Shown: positions 9,696 through 19,970, numbered from the stretch's first letter. The stretch: 64,000 bases of DNA from an uncultured Clostridia bacterium (GCA_910583755.1 CAJTZO010000002.1:58587-122586); one strand, 5' to 3'. Notes: generated by a model from the sequence alone, not told the origin. Translations and numbers: made by a program.

Positions 9696-11120
9696 ATGCA
9701 GGCAGTAAAAGACAATATAAAATTTACACAAGCAAGTACACCAAAAACAAATACAGCAAAAACAGTCAAAGCGGAAGGAACAAAATCAAATCATGTACAG
9801 TTTGTAGAAGCAGCAAAGACAACTACAAAACAAAATACAACGTTTCAAGAGATGATAACAAAAACAAGTACACAGCAAAATCTAATTTCTCAAAAGAAAA
9901 AGAAAACAGGTTTTACAAGTAAATCCAAATCAAGTAGTACAACAACAAAACCGAGTACATCCAAACCAAGTAGTACAACAACACAACCAAGTACATCCAA
10001 ACCAAGTAGTACAACAACACGACCAAGTATATCCAAACCAAGCAATACAACAACACCAAGTACAACAACACCAACAGATACAGTAACAAAACCAAATACA
10101 AAAATAGATACAACAACAGAAACCAATACCATAACAAAACCAAGTATATCAACAAGACCATATAAACCACATTATCCTATACAATTTGTTTTCCCAACAC
10201 AAATGTTTCCTACATCTCAAACAGTTGCGCCAGTGGAAGGAACAACAGAAATACAAGAAACAACATTAGAAGGTATGTTAAAAGTAAAATATCCTAATTT
10301 AAAGTACCATGTTTTTGATGCAAGTAGTAGCTATTGGCGTACAAGAAATGACTATCCACATTATTTGCTTTATCAAGATGAGATTGATACGGAAGCGATA
10401 GAAAACTGGAAACCAAGCGGAGAAAATCCTTTTTATGGCTCACAAGGTGGCGTTTTTATGGCACCAAAAGAAATAAAAGCTTTGAGTTCTATTCCGGCGG
10501 GAACAACAGCCGTTGTCATTCACCCAAAAGTACAGGAACGTATGGAAAATGACCCAGAATATGCAAAAGAAATTTATGACAGAATTAACAAATGGTTTGA
10601 ATTTGACAAAGCAAGAAATGAGGCAATTATGCCTGGCATTAATGCAAGAAGTTCCTGGTGCGTTGCCATTGGAGAAGATGGAGAAATTGTTAATGCACAG
10701 TCCCACAGTAGTGGAGGTGGCTTTACACAATCGCAAAGTGGTACAGATGCAGCATTAGATTTTTGGACACAACGTTCTTTGCGTCATAAATATTTTATGC
10801 AAATGCAATTAGAGGGACAACTAAGACATGAAATGTTGCTGTATGGTTTAACAGGCACTGCAAAGTCTTCTGGTTTATTTGATTTAGCAGGTGGTGTATT
10901 AAGTACAACAAATTTAGTAGGACTGATAAATTTATTACAATCTTCTGAAACACCTATGCTTTCTTCTCAACAAATGCAGGAAAAAGCAAATGCAAAAGCA
11001 AAATTAACAGCTATGCTCAATAGCGGAGAATTGAATATATTAGGGGATACAGTTGCTGGTATGCCTTTGGAAAAATTGATTTCTTTAACAAAGCAGGAAG
11101 TATCAAAAGATTTATTTTAA
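9696..11120 (+). CDS. Hypothetical protein: Ser/Thr/Pro low-complexity N-half and globular C-terminal domain
   Basis: 474-aa ORF with purine-rich SD (gaaagggg), own promoter and terminator; no family I can name with confidence. Confidence 0.8.
   Translation: MQAVKDNIKFTQASTPKTNTAKTVKAEGTKSNHVQFVEAAKTTTKQNTTFQEMITKTSTQQNLISQKKKKTGFTSKSKSSSTTTKPSTSKPSSTTTQPSTSKPSSTTTRPSISKPSNTTTPSTTTPTDTVTKPNTKIDTTTETNTITKPSISTRPYKPHYPIQFVFPTQMFPTSQTVAPVEGTTEIQETTLEGMLKVKYPNLKYHVFDASSSYWRTRNDYPHYLLYQDEIDTEAIENWKPSGENPFYGSQGGVFMAPKEIKALSSIPAGTTAVVIHPKVQERMENDPEYAKEIYDRINKWFEFDKARNEAIMPGINARSSWCVAIGEDGEIVNAQSHSSGGGFTQSQSGTDAALDFWTQRSLRHKYFMQMQLEGQLRHEMLLYGLTGTAKSSGLFDLAGGVLSTTNLVGLINLLQSSETPMLSSQQMQEKANAKAKLTAMLNSGELNILGDTVAGMPLEKLISLTKQEVSKDLF
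9923..10055 (+). repeat. 36-bp coding tandem repeat, about 3.7 copies (SKPSSTTTxPST)
   Basis: atccaaaccaagtagtacaacaacaNNaccaagtac units start at 9923, 9959, 9995 and 10031. Confidence 0.9.
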
Positions 11121-11139
11121 ATTAAAATTTTAAGACCAA

Positions 11140-11174
11140 AAAAGGGAGCTTTTTGAAAATAGAAGTTCCCTTTT
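11140..11174 (+). terminator. Intrinsic terminator
   Basis: aaaagggagctt ... aagttccctttt. Confidence 0.65.
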
Positions 11175-11297
11175 ACTTGTTAGTAAAGTTCTTTCAAAAC
11201 CCTCTAATTTTTATGAACTTCAGAAGAAAGCTATTTTATTCTAACATCGAAATAAACAGTTACTAACAAAAAAATAATTGATGTAAAGTAAAAAAGC

Positions 11298-11326
11298 TTG
11301 ACATTACTTTTAAAGTATGATACTCT
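11298..11326 (+). promoter_or_regulatory. sigmaA promoter of ylxM-ffh
   Basis: TTGACA-N17-TACTCT with extended TG. Confidence 0.55.
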
Positions 11327-11375
11327 ACTTGAGGTGAAAGTAGAATACTTTACAGCCTGACATGGAGGCGATAAC

Positions 11376-11729
11376 TTGAAGGAAATTTTACAATTAACAT
11401 TACTTTATGATTTCTATGGAGAGTTATTGACAGAAAAGCAAAAGTTAGTATATGATATGTACTATCAAAATGACTTGTCACTTTCTGAAATTGGAGAGGA
11501 ACTTTCTATTAGCCGTCAAGCTGTTTGTGACCAGATAAAAAGAGTAGAAAGTATATTACAAAAGTATGAAAAAAAATTACAGCTAGTAGAAAGATTTTTA
11601 AAACAAAAAAAGGCAATCCAACAAATGAAACATATCATTGAAGAACTGGAAAAAGAAGAAACTCTTTCTTGCAAAGCAAAACATAAGATTGAAATGATTC
11701 AAAAAATTGCCGCTGAAATGATAGGCTGA
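11376..11729 (+). CDS. ylxM: YlxM (UPF0122) SRP-associated protein
   Basis: LLYDFYGELLTEKQ...DLSLSEIGEELSISRQAV; directly upstream of ffh; TTG start after GGAGG. Confidence 0.93.
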   Translation: MKEILQLTLLYDFYGELLTEKQKLVYDMYYQNDLSLSEIGEELSISRQAVCDQIKRVESILQKYEKKLQLVERFLKQKKAIQQMKHIIEELEKEETLSCKAKHKIEMIQKIAAEMIG

Positions 11730-11749
11730 ATAAAGGAGAGAGAGAATGT

Positions 11750-13093
11750 ATGGCATTTGAAAATCTTTCTAATAAATTACAAGAAGTATTTAAACAACTC
11801 AGAAGCAAGGGAAAGTTAACAGAAAATGATGTCAAAACAGCAATGAGAGAAGTTAAAATTGCATTGCTGGAAGCAGATGTGAATTTTAAAATTGTAAAAC
11901 AGTTTATAAAAAAAGTAACAGAACGTGCTGTAGGCACGGAAGTGTTAGAAGGATTAAATCCCGGACAGCAAGTCATTAAAATTGTAAATGATGAATTAAT
12001 TGATTTGATGGGAACAACCCAAAGCAAATTAACTTTTGCCAATAGACCACCTACGATTTATATGATGGTGGGGTTACAAGGTGCTGGTAAAACAACAAGC
12101 AGCGGTAAATTAGCAGGATTATTAAGAAAACAAGGAAAAAATCCACTTTTAGTAGCCTGTGATGTGTACCGTCCGGCAGCGATTAAACAATTACAAGTAG
12201 TAGGAAAAACTTATAATATTCCTGTTTTTGAAATGGGCGATAAAATTAGCCCTGTGGAGATTTCTAAAAAAGCAATCGAATATGCAGCAGAACAAAAACA
12301 TGATGTCATTTTAATTGATACTGCTGGACGTTTACACATCAATGAGGAATTGATGGAAGAATTAAAAAATATTAAAACAGTAGTTCGTCCACAAGAAATA
12401 CTCCTTGTCGTAGATGCTATGACAGGACAGGATGCAGTAACTGTTGCAGAAAGTTTTGATACACAATTAGGAATAGATGGTATTATATTGACAAAATTAG
12501 ATGGTGATGCCAGAGGTGGTGCAGCACTTTCTGTTAGAAGTGTGACAAGCAAACCGATTAAATATATTGGTATGGGAGAAAAAATGGAAGATTTAGAACC
12601 ATTTCATCCAGACCGTATGGCTTCCCGTATTTTAGGGATGGGAGATGTCCTTTCTCTGATTGAAAAAGCACAACAAAATTTTGATGAAAAGCAAGCTATG
12701 GAACTGCAAAAGAAAATGCGTGAAAATGATTTTACATTAGACGATTTTCTGGAGCAAATGCAGCAAGTCAAAAAAATGGGACCGATTAAAGATTTGCTTG
12801 GAATGATTCCGGGCATGAATCAGTTAAACATGGAAGCACTTAACAATGTTGACCCAGCCAAAGAAATGAGTCGTACAGAGGCAATTATACAATCTATGAC
12901 AAAAGAAGAAAGAGCAAATCCTTCTATTTTAAACGGTCCTAGAAAAAAAAGAATTGCAAATGGTTGTGGTAGAAGTATTGCAGATGTCAATCGTTTGTTA
13001 AAACAATTTGAAGAATTAAAAAAATTGATGAAACAAATGAATGACCTTCAAAAGGGCAAAAGAGGGAAAATGAAATTTCCTTTTTTTAGATAA
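11750..13093 (+). CDS. ffh: Signal recognition particle protein Ffh
   Basis: GLQGAGKTT, DVYRPAA, DTAGR, TKLDGDARGG, M domain SMTKEER. Confidence 0.98.
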   Translation: MAFENLSNKLQEVFKQLRSKGKLTENDVKTAMREVKIALLEADVNFKIVKQFIKKVTERAVGTEVLEGLNPGQQVIKIVNDELIDLMGTTQSKLTFANRPPTIYMMVGLQGAGKTTSSGKLAGLLRKQGKNPLLVACDVYRPAAIKQLQVVGKTYNIPVFEMGDKISPVEISKKAIEYAAEQKHDVILIDTAGRLHINEELMEELKNIKTVVRPQEILLVVDAMTGQDAVTVAESFDTQLGIDGIILTKLDGDARGGAALSVRSVTSKPIKYIGMGEKMEDLEPFHPDRMASRILGMGDVLSLIEKAQQNFDEKQAMELQKKMRENDFTLDDFLEQMQQVKKMGPIKDLLGMIPGMNQLNMEALNNVDPAKEMSRTEAIIQSMTKEERANPSILNGPRKKRIANGCGRSIADVNRLLKQFEELKKLMKQMNDLQKGKRGKMKFPFFR

Positions 13094-13125
13094 ATTTGCC
13101 AGAAAATAATTAGGAGGTGAAACAA

Positions 13126-13374
13126 ATGGCAGTTAGAATTAGACTAAAAAGATTAGGTGCAAAAAAGGCTCCATTTTATAGAATTGTTGTTGCAGATTCC
13201 AGAACATCAAGAAATGGTAAGTCTATCGCAGAAATTGGTTATTTTGACCCTACAAAAGAACCAAATGTTTTAAAAGTAGATGCAGAAGCAGCAAAAAAAT
13301 GGTTGTCTACAGGTGCACAGCCTTCCGATACAGCAAAAGCTTTATTAAAAAAAGCTGGTGTAATTGGTGAGTAA
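13126..13374 (+). CDS. rpsP: 30S ribosomal protein S16
   Basis: [26 protein letters not shown]. Confidence 0.98.
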   Translation: MAVRIRLKRLGAKKAPFYRIVVADSRTSRNGKSIAEIGYFDPTKEPNVLKVDAEAAKKWLSTGAQPSDTAKALLKKAGVIGE

Positions 13375-13392
13375 AAGTAGGGGGTTTTTCGT

Positions 13393-13620
13393 ATGAAAGA
13401 CTTATTGGAAGTAATTGCAAAAAACCTTGTGGACTATCCTGAAAAAGTTGTAGTAAAAGAAACACAAGAAGAGCATTCCTTACTTTTGGAGCTTCATGTA
13501 GCACCAGAAGATATGGGAAAAGTAATTGGAAAACAAGGAAGAATTGCAAAAGCAATTCGTACTGTTGTAAAAGCTTCTGCAATTCATGAAGATAAAAGAG
13601 TCATCATTGAAATACGATGA
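13393..13620 (+). CDS. khpA: KH-domain RNA-binding protein KhpA
   Basis: DMGKVIGKQGRIAKAIRTVV; lies between rpsP and rimM. Confidence 0.95.
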   Translation: MKDLLEVIAKNLVDYPEKVVVKETQEEHSLLLELHVAPEDMGKVIGKQGRIAKAIRTVVKASAIHEDKRVIIEIR

Positions 13621-13754
13621 CTACAATCCTATTGTTTTTAAATATGGGATATTCACATAAGATAAGCAATTAAGGTTTTTAGACAATCTCGGCACAGGGG
13701 AACTTTCTCTTGTGCTGTTTGTGTTTTTGTAAAAAAAAAGAAAAGAGGTGCAAA

Positions 13755-14264
13755 ATGCAGAATTGTTTTGAAATTGGTAAAATAGCAGGTACACATGGCT
13801 TAAAAGGTACATTGCGTGTTTTTCCTACTACAGAAGACCCATCCCGTTTTGAATTGTTAAAAGAGATTATGATAGAAAATAAAGGAAAACAAGAAACCTT
13901 TCATATAGAAAAAATTGCATATCATAAAAAATTTGTTCTTGTTACAGTAAGAGAACTGAAAGATATTAATGAAGCAGAATTATATAAAGGGGCAGGAATT
14001 TGGATTCCAGAAGAACAAGCCCTTCCTTTGGAAGAAAATGAATATTATATGCGTGATTTATATGGTTTGACTGTTATAACAGAAGAAGGAGAAGAGCTAG
14101 GCATATTGGCGGACATTTATGAAACAGGAGCAAATGATGTTTATGCAGTTCGAAAAGAAGGAAAAAAAGATTTACTGATTCCTGCCATTCATCAGTGTAT
14201 TGTATTAGTAGATATTGCAAATGGTAAAATGATTGTCAGATTGTTGGAAGGATTGAGAGAATGA
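13755..14264 (+). CDS. rimM: Ribosome maturation factor RimM
   Basis: IGKIAGTHGLKG, EYYMRDLYG, ETGANDVY, LLIP. Confidence 0.95.
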   Translation: MQNCFEIGKIAGTHGLKGTLRVFPTTEDPSRFELLKEIMIENKGKQETFHIEKIAYHKKFVLVTVRELKDINEAELYKGAGIWIPEEQALPLEENEYYMRDLYGLTVITEEGEELGILADIYETGANDVYAVRKEGKKDLLIPAIHQCIVLVDIANGKMIVRLLEGLRE

Positions 14265-14938
14265 AGCAATATACCATTTTGACTTTGTTTCCTGAAATGA
14301 TTACACAAGCATTTTCCCATAGTATTTTAGGCAGAGCACAAAAAGAAGGACATATTCATATTCAAGCAATTGATATTCGGACATTTTCTAAAAATAAGCA
14401 AAAACATGTTGATGATTATCCTTATGGGGGTGGTGCAGGCATGGTAATGCAGGCACAGCCAATTTATGATGCTTATAACAGTATACCAGAACAAAATAGA
14501 GGTCGTATCATTTATTTATCTCCACAAGGAAAACCTTTTACACAAAAAATAGCAGAACAATTATCAACCGAACAAAATATTGTATTCCTTTGCGGACATT
14601 ATGAAGGGGTAGACGAAAGAGTTTTAGAGGAATTAAAAGTAGAAGAACTTTCCCTTGGGGACTTTGTACTAACAGGGGGAGAAATTGCAGCGATTGCAGT
14701 GATTGATGCAGTAGCAAGACTAGTACCGGGTGTATTGGGAAAAGAAGAATCTTTTCAGCAGGAAAGTTTTTCCGATGGGCTTTTAGAATATCCACAGTAT
14801 ACAAGACCAGCCGTTTTTATGGGGCGAGCTGTTCCAGAAATACTTCTTTCTGGACATCATGGTAAAATACAAGAATGGCGAAAAGAACAATCTTTATTAA
14901 GAACAAAGCAAAAACGACCAGATTTATTCAAAAAATAA
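14261..14938 (+). CDS. trmD: tRNA (guanine-N1)-methyltransferase
   Basis: VDDYPYGGGAGMVM, CGHYEGVDER, SLGDFVLTGGE, LLEYPQYTRP. Confidence 0.97.
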   Translation: MKQYTILTLFPEMITQAFSHSILGRAQKEGHIHIQAIDIRTFSKNKQKHVDDYPYGGGAGMVMQAQPIYDAYNSIPEQNRGRIIYLSPQGKPFTQKIAEQLSTEQNIVFLCGHYEGVDERVLEELKVEELSLGDFVLTGGEIAAIAVIDAVARLVPGVLGKEESFQQESFSDGLLEYPQYTRPAVFMGRAVPEILLSGHHGKIQEWRKEQSLLRTKQKRPDLFKK

Positions 14939-14961
14939 AAGAGGTAAGGGGAGGAGAGCAG

Positions 14962-15441
14962 ATGAAGGACATTGTATTATATCGGAAACGTTTTATTCCG
15001 CTGGAAACCATTTTATTAAAAGATGATATTGTAGTATTTCAAAATGAAAATGTGATTGTAACAAAATGGCATGTGATAAAACCGAGAGAGGATTTTGAAA
15101 AGGGAATTTCTTGTTATTTTCTTAAGGAAGGTTATAAAATTAGTCGTTTTATTAATAAAAATGACAAGATTATTTATCATTACTGTGATATTATAGAGAC
15201 AGAACAAGTAGAAAATACGTATACATTTGTAGATTTGTTAGCAGATGTAATCATATATGAAAATGGTTTGATAAAAGTGGTAGATATTGCAGAAATTGCG
15301 CAGGCTTTAAAAGAAGAATTGTTATCTTTGGAATTGGCTCAAAAGGCGCTTTGCAGGTTGGATAGCTTACTTTCTATTGTATATGATGGCACATGGAAAC
15401 AAAAAACCGAAAAGTATTTTGAAATGGGGAATTTTGCATGA
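14962..15441 (+). CDS. DUF402-like protein
   Basis: YHYCDII...FVDLLADV pattern typical of DUF402; SD GGAGG before ATG 14962. Confidence 0.65.
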   Translation: MKDIVLYRKRFIPLETILLKDDIVVFQNENVIVTKWHVIKPREDFEKGISCYFLKEGYKISRFINKNDKIIYHYCDIIETEQVENTYTFVDLLADVIIYENGLIKVVDIAEIAQALKEELLSLELAQKALCRLDSLLSIVYDGTWKQKTEKYFEMGNFA

Positions 15442-16133
15442 GTTCAAGTGAAAAAAAGGATAATTCCCATGCAGGACATAGAGACAGAGTAAGAAAGCGT
15501 TTTTTAGAAGAAGGTGGAGACGCTTTTGAAAAGCATCAACTATTGGAATTATTATTGTTTGGTGTTGTTCCAAGAAAAGATACCAATGAAATGGCACATA
15601 AATTATTAGATAATTTTAATGATTCTTTTCATGTATTAACCAACAGTTATTATATAGATATTATAGAAAAAAGTGGTGTTTCTATCAATGCAGCCATTTT
15701 TTTAAATGCTCTTGCACAATTTGTAAAAGTATGTCAAAGGGAAGTGTTGGAACAAAAAACAGAATTAAAAACAACAAGACAATGTGGAGAATATGCAGTC
15801 ACGATATTGATGAATGAAAAAATAGAAAAATTTTATATGTTTTCGTTAAATGCAAAGAAAAAATTACTAAAATCTACTTGTGTTGCAAAAGGTTCTTCTT
15901 CAAGGGTATTAATAGAACCTTCTAGTGTGGTGAGAGAAGCACTGTTTTGTGATGCTGTTTCTGTTATACTTGCACATAACCATCCAGGAGGAACATTAAG
16001 CCCTTCTGAAGCAGATATTGATTTGACATTAAATTTAAAGGAAATTTTGGCTTCTATTAATATTGAATTATTAGACCATATTATTGTGGCAAATGGGCAA
16101 TATTATAGTTTGTCGGAACATAAATATTTATAA
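15438..16133 (+). CDS. radC: RadC (JAB domain) protein
   Basis: HAGHRDRVR, ELLLFGVVPRKDTN, ILAHNHPGG...PSEADI, LLDHIIV. Confidence 0.92.
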   Translation: MSSSEKKDNSHAGHRDRVRKRFLEEGGDAFEKHQLLELLLFGVVPRKDTNEMAHKLLDNFNDSFHVLTNSYYIDIIEKSGVSINAAIFLNALAQFVKVCQREVLEQKTELKTTRQCGEYAVTILMNEKIEKFYMFSLNAKKKLLKSTCVAKGSSSRVLIEPSSVVREALFCDAVSVILAHNHPGGTLSPSEADIDLTLNLKEILASINIELLDHIIVANGQYYSLSEHKYL

Positions 16134-16161
16134 AAAAGAAGTGAATAAGGAGGAGTAAATA

Positions 16162-16389
16162 ATGCGTAGAAGATTATACCGTTCTACAAAAGATGTAAAA
16201 TTAGCTGGTGTGTGTGGTGGACTAGCAGAATATTTTGATGTAGATGTCACATTAATTCGCTTACTTTGGATTGTTGGTTCTTTTATGACAGCATTTTTAA
16301 CAGGATTGCTACTTTATATTATTTGTGTTTGTATTATTCCTGTAGATGATGGTTGTATTGATGCAGAATATCAAGAAAAAGAAAAATAG
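16162..16389 (+). CDS. pspC: PspC-domain membrane protein
   Basis: RLYRSTKDVKLAGVCGGLAEYFDVDVTLIRL, LYIICVCIIP. Confidence 0.9.
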   Translation: MRRRLYRSTKDVKLAGVCGGLAEYFDVDVTLIRLLWIVGSFMTAFLTGLLLYIICVCIIPVDDGCIDAEYQEKEK

Positions 16390-16478
16390 AAGATTGTAAT
16401 TTATCCATCAAATCCGTTTTATAAATGGAAGTCTCAAGGATTATTGACAAACTGACCTTACAGCATTGGCTGCAAGGT

Positions 16479-16698
16479 CAGTTTGTCAATAAAGTCTTTT
16501 TTTGTGGATTTCACCCACACCCATCAACTTTTTTAAAAAAAGTTGGACAAAAAACTTTCATAGAAAAACTAACGTTTTTCCTTATAAAATCAATCTTTTT
16601 AGCGAAACGCTAGTTTCGCATGAAAGTTCTTTGCTTCTTTCTTTCAAGAAAGAAGTAAGAGTTTGAGAGCAAGGCTCTCAAGGATTTTTGACAAGCTA
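16479..16698 (+). mobile_element. Non-autonomous MITE-like element, copy 1 (full length)
   Basis: cagtttgtcaataaagtc ... ctcaaggatttttgacaagcta; highly similar to copies at 23084 and 31917; flanked by a 24-bp inverted duplication. Confidence 0.85.
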
Positions 16699-16748
16699 AC
16701 CTTGCAGCTAATGCTGTAAGGCTTTATTTTTTTGGAAAAGTATTGGTT

Positions 16749-16778
16749 GTATAACTCTTTTGCAATCGGGTTACTTTA
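16749..16778 (+). promoter_or_regulatory. sigmaF-type promoter of spoIVB
   Basis: GTATA-N15-GGTTACTTTA against sigmaF consensus GYATA-N15-GGnnAnAHTA; spoIVB is sigmaF/sigmaG-dependent in Bacillus. Confidence 0.5.
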
Positions 16779-16859
16779 ATAGGTGTAATTGATTAATAAT
16801 TTTTATATGAGGATAGCATAACAAATTTACAATATTTTATACTCTTTTGCAGTCAGGAG

Positions 16860-18128
16860 TTGAAAAAAATGTATTTCAAAAAAATATCAGTGGGTTGTAT
16901 CATAGTTATGATAGTGTCTTGGTGTGCGCTTGTTTATTCTATGCCAGATGAAATTCATATGATACAAGGAAAAGAAAGTATATTTGAGGGAAATTTACCT
17001 TTACAAGCAGAAGTAATTGAGGAAAATATTGGTGTATTAAAGGTAAATCATCAAGCAGTTTCTGAAAATATTCATTTTGATTTAGCAAAACCATTTACAG
17101 TAAAATCAGAAAAGCAAGGTACTGCAAAAGTAGCACTTTCGATAATGGGAATACCAATAAAAACAATAGAAGCCACGGTAATTCCTAGAACGGAAGTTGT
17201 TGCAGGAGGGATGGCAGTAGGTGTATCTATGGATACAAGGGGAATTATGGTACTTGGTACAGGCTATGTCAATGGAGAAGAAAATAAAATCTATGAACCA
17301 GCAAAAGGAATTTTACAGTCAGGAGATATGATATTACAAGCTGGTGGAAAAAGTTTAAAAAATAAAGAAGACTTAATGAAGGCAGTAGAAGAAAATGGAG
17401 AAAAAGCAATGCCTTTTTTGGTAGATAGAAATGGGGTACAACAAACTGTTGAAATTACACCTGTATTTAGTAAAGAAGATAATAGTTGTAAGATTGGAAT
17501 ATGGGTTAGAGATTCCACGCAGGGAATTGGTACCATTACATTTTTTAATCCAGATAGGAACACTTTTGCAGCTTTGGGTCATGGTGTTTATGATGTGGAT
17601 ACTCAAGAATTAATGCAAATTAAAAATGGACAAATTACACAATCTTCTATTATTGATGTGAAAAAAGGAGAAAAAGGGGAACCGGGTGCACTGACAGGAA
17701 ATGTAGGCAGAGATTTAGTATTAGGAGAGATTGCCATTAATACGGAAGTGGGGATTTATGGTACAGTAGAAGCAGGAAAAGAAAGTTATTTTACAGGAAA
17801 AAAATTACCGATTGCTTTACAGCAGGACATTCAAGAAGGGAAAGCTACTATATTATCTAATATTGAAGGGGAAGAAATAAAGGAATATGAAGTAGAAATA
17901 GAAAATGTAAATCGTTATAGTAAAAATGAAAGTAAGGGTATGGTCATTAAGATTACAGACAAAGAATTGCTTGCTAAAACAGGAGGGATTGTGCAAGGAA
18001 TGTCAGGTTCTCCTATTTTGCAACAGGGAAAAATAGTAGGTGCAGTCACCCATGTATTTGTCAATGACCCAACAAAAGGATATGGTATTTTTATTGAAAA
18101 TATGTTAAAACAGGAGAACAGAATCTAA
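16860..18128 (+). CDS. spoIVB: SpoIVB peptidase S55
   Basis: PDZ region, IGIWVRDSTQGIGTITF, ALGHG, TGGIVQGMSGSPILQQGKIVGAVTHVFVNDPTKGYG. Confidence 0.96.
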   Translation: MKKMYFKKISVGCIIVMIVSWCALVYSMPDEIHMIQGKESIFEGNLPLQAEVIEENIGVLKVNHQAVSENIHFDLAKPFTVKSEKQGTAKVALSIMGIPIKTIEATVIPRTEVVAGGMAVGVSMDTRGIMVLGTGYVNGEENKIYEPAKGILQSGDMILQAGGKSLKNKEDLMKAVEENGEKAMPFLVDRNGVQQTVEITPVFSKEDNSCKIGIWVRDSTQGIGTITFFNPDRNTFAALGHGVYDVDTQELMQIKNGQITQSSIIDVKKGEKGEPGALTGNVGRDLVLGEIAINTEVGIYGTVEAGKESYFTGKKLPIALQQDIQEGKATILSNIEGEEIKEYEVEIENVNRYSKNESKGMVIKITDKELLAKTGGIVQGMSGSPILQQGKIVGAVTHVFVNDPTKGYGIFIENMLKQENRI

Positions 18129-18133
18129 CAAAA

Positions 18134-18161
18134 AGGCATTGAAAATAAATTTTCAATGCCT
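18134..18161. terminator. Hairpin terminator between convergent spoIVB and the MCP gene
   Basis: aggcattgaaaa-taaa-ttttcaatgcct, perfect 12-bp stem. Confidence 0.65.
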
Positions 18162-18290
18162 CAGTTTGTTTGATAAAGTCTGTAGTTAAACAAGAAATTT
18201 TTGTGGAAAAACAAACTTTTTTTCTTATAACATCCATCTTTTTAAGAAAATAAAGTTTCTGTTTAGCTTCCTTTCTTCTTAAGAAAGGAA
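18162..18290 (+). mobile_element. Degenerate, 3'-truncated MITE copy
   Basis: cagtttgtttgataaagtc starts exactly at the foot of the terminator; remnants gtggaaaaac...ttcttataa and cttcctttcttcttaagaaaggaa. Confidence 0.6.
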
Positions 18291-19970
18291 TTATTTTCTT
18301 AGTTGGAATTTTTGTACAGCAACTTTTAATTGTTCTGCTTGACCAAAAAGGTCCTTGGCAAAAGAAGCAGATTCTTCTGCAGTGGTTGCATTTGTTTGTA
18401 CTACATTAGAGATTTGTTCCATGCCAAACGTTAATTCTTTTAAAGATTGTGCTTGATTGGTAGCAGATTCTGCAATATGTTCTACAATATCAGCTGTTTG
18501 ATGGGCGGTGGAAACAACAGAAGAAAGAGAAGAGGTTGTTTGTTCTGACAAAGAAGTGCCATAAGCAACTAAACGTACCGATTCTTCAATTAATTTTGTA
18601 ATATTTTGTGCAGATTCTGAGCTTTTACTTGCTAAATTTTGTACTTCGTTTGCTACTACAACAAATCCTTTTCCGGCTTCACCTGCTCGTGCAGCTTCTA
18701 CCGCAGCATTTAATGCTAAAAGATTGGTTTGTAAAGCAATATCTTCAATGGTTTTAATAATTCCTCCAATTTGACGGGAAGATTTAGCAATATCTTCTAT
18801 GGCTGAAGTTAATTCCTTCATTTTTTGTTTGCAAACTTCTAATTGTGTAGTAGAATCAATGGAATAAGATTTTGCATTGTCAGCATCTTCAGAAGTACGT
18901 TTTACTTGTTCTGTAATATCTTGGATTCCTTTGGATAATTTTTCAACGGTAGAAGCTTGTTCTATTGCACCATGTGACAATGTTTCTGCACTAGATGCCA
19001 TTTTTTCAGATTGGTGAGAAACGTTTTCTGCTGTTACATTAATACGAGAAAGTGCATCATTTAAAGCATCCAATATTTCTGCCATCGCTGTTTGAATGGG
19101 TAAAAATTCACCTCTATAATCACTGTCTACAGTTAATGACATATTCCCATCTGCCATTTGTGACAATTTAGAATCAATATCACTAATATATTTTTTTAAT
19201 TCATGTTTTGTTTCATGGATAGATGCAACTAATAATCCAATTTCTGAGGTGTTTGGTTCTAAAGAAAATTGTTCTGAAAGATTTCCTCTTGAAATTTCTG
19301 TCATTTCATCTTTAATTGCAATAACAGGACTTAATATTCTTTTTCTAATAATAAGCATATTGATACATTGCATACTGACAACAAGTATTAAGATAAAAAC
19401 CATAAATATCTGAATGACATTTCTTTGAAAATGAAAATGTTTTACTTCTTGTGCTGTTCTATTATTGAGTGTAGATAAAAATTGTTCTTTTAAAGTGTTA
19501 ATTTGTTCAATAGAAGCACTGTATTCTGTTCCATAAACATAGTCGATTGCTTCCTGCATATATCCTTGTTCTACTTTTTTCATAGCTTCTTCTTCCAAAG
19601 GTACTAATTCGTTGGAAATAGTAGACATACGATTAATCATATCTTGTTCTTCGGAAGTAATACCAATTTTTTGCATAGCAGCAAGACCAATTTCACGATT
19701 TTTTTGATTATTTACTTCATCCCAATAATGTTCATAATGCTCTTTGTTTCCTGTAGAAGCAAAAGCACGCACTTCATCTGTTAAATGAGAAGAAGCATTC
19801 ATAAATTTATTTGCATTGTAAGTCAATTCAAATCGGTTATCCATAGCAACGTCAAATTTTCTATTGGCATTGTGATAAATAAGCAAAGAAAATGCCATTA
19901 AAACTAATACAAAAATAGAAGCCCCATTTAAAATGATGGTGAGTGTAGACTGATTGATTGTTTTTTTCAT
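18291..19970 (-). CDS. Methyl-accepting chemotaxis protein
   Basis: Two TM segments, HAMP, signalling hairpin [33 protein letters not shown]. Confidence 0.95.
   Translation of the reverse strand: MKKTINQSTLTIILNGASIFVLVLMAFSLLIYHNANRKFDVAMDNRFELTYNANKFMNASSHLTDEVRAFASTGNKEHYEHYWDEVNNQKNREIGLAAMQKIGITSEEQDMINRMSTISNELVPLEEEAMKKVEQGYMQEAIDYVYGTEYSASIEQINTLKEQFLSTLNNRTAQEVKHFHFQRNVIQIFMVFILILVVSMQCINMLIIRKRILSPVIAIKDEMTEISRGNLSEQFSLEPNTSEIGLLVASIHETKHELKKYISDIDSKLSQMADGNMSLTVDSDYRGEFLPIQTAMAEILDALNDALSRINVTAENVSHQSEKMASSAETLSHGAIEQASTVEKLSKGIQDITEQVKRTSEDADNAKSYSIDSTTQLEVCKQKMKELTSAIEDIAKSSRQIGGIIKTIEDIALQTNLLALNAAVEAARAGEAGKGFVVVANEVQNLASKSSESAQNITKLIEESVRLVAYGTSLSEQTTSSLSSVVSTAHQTADIVEHIAESATNQAQSLKELTFGMEQISNVVQTNATTAEESASFAKDLFGQAEQLKVAVQKFQLRK

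Noticed and set aside
15438..16133. radC as a marker of a mobile element
   Set aside because: It is the full-length chromosomal type, coupled to core genes, with no integrase or phage genes nearby.
16425..16613. Short ORFs sharing VNKVFFCGFHPHPSTFLKKVGQKTF (also 23046-23228 and 59838-60083)
   Set aside because: They are translations of the MITE. Frames differ between copies because of homopolymer indels, and there is no SD.
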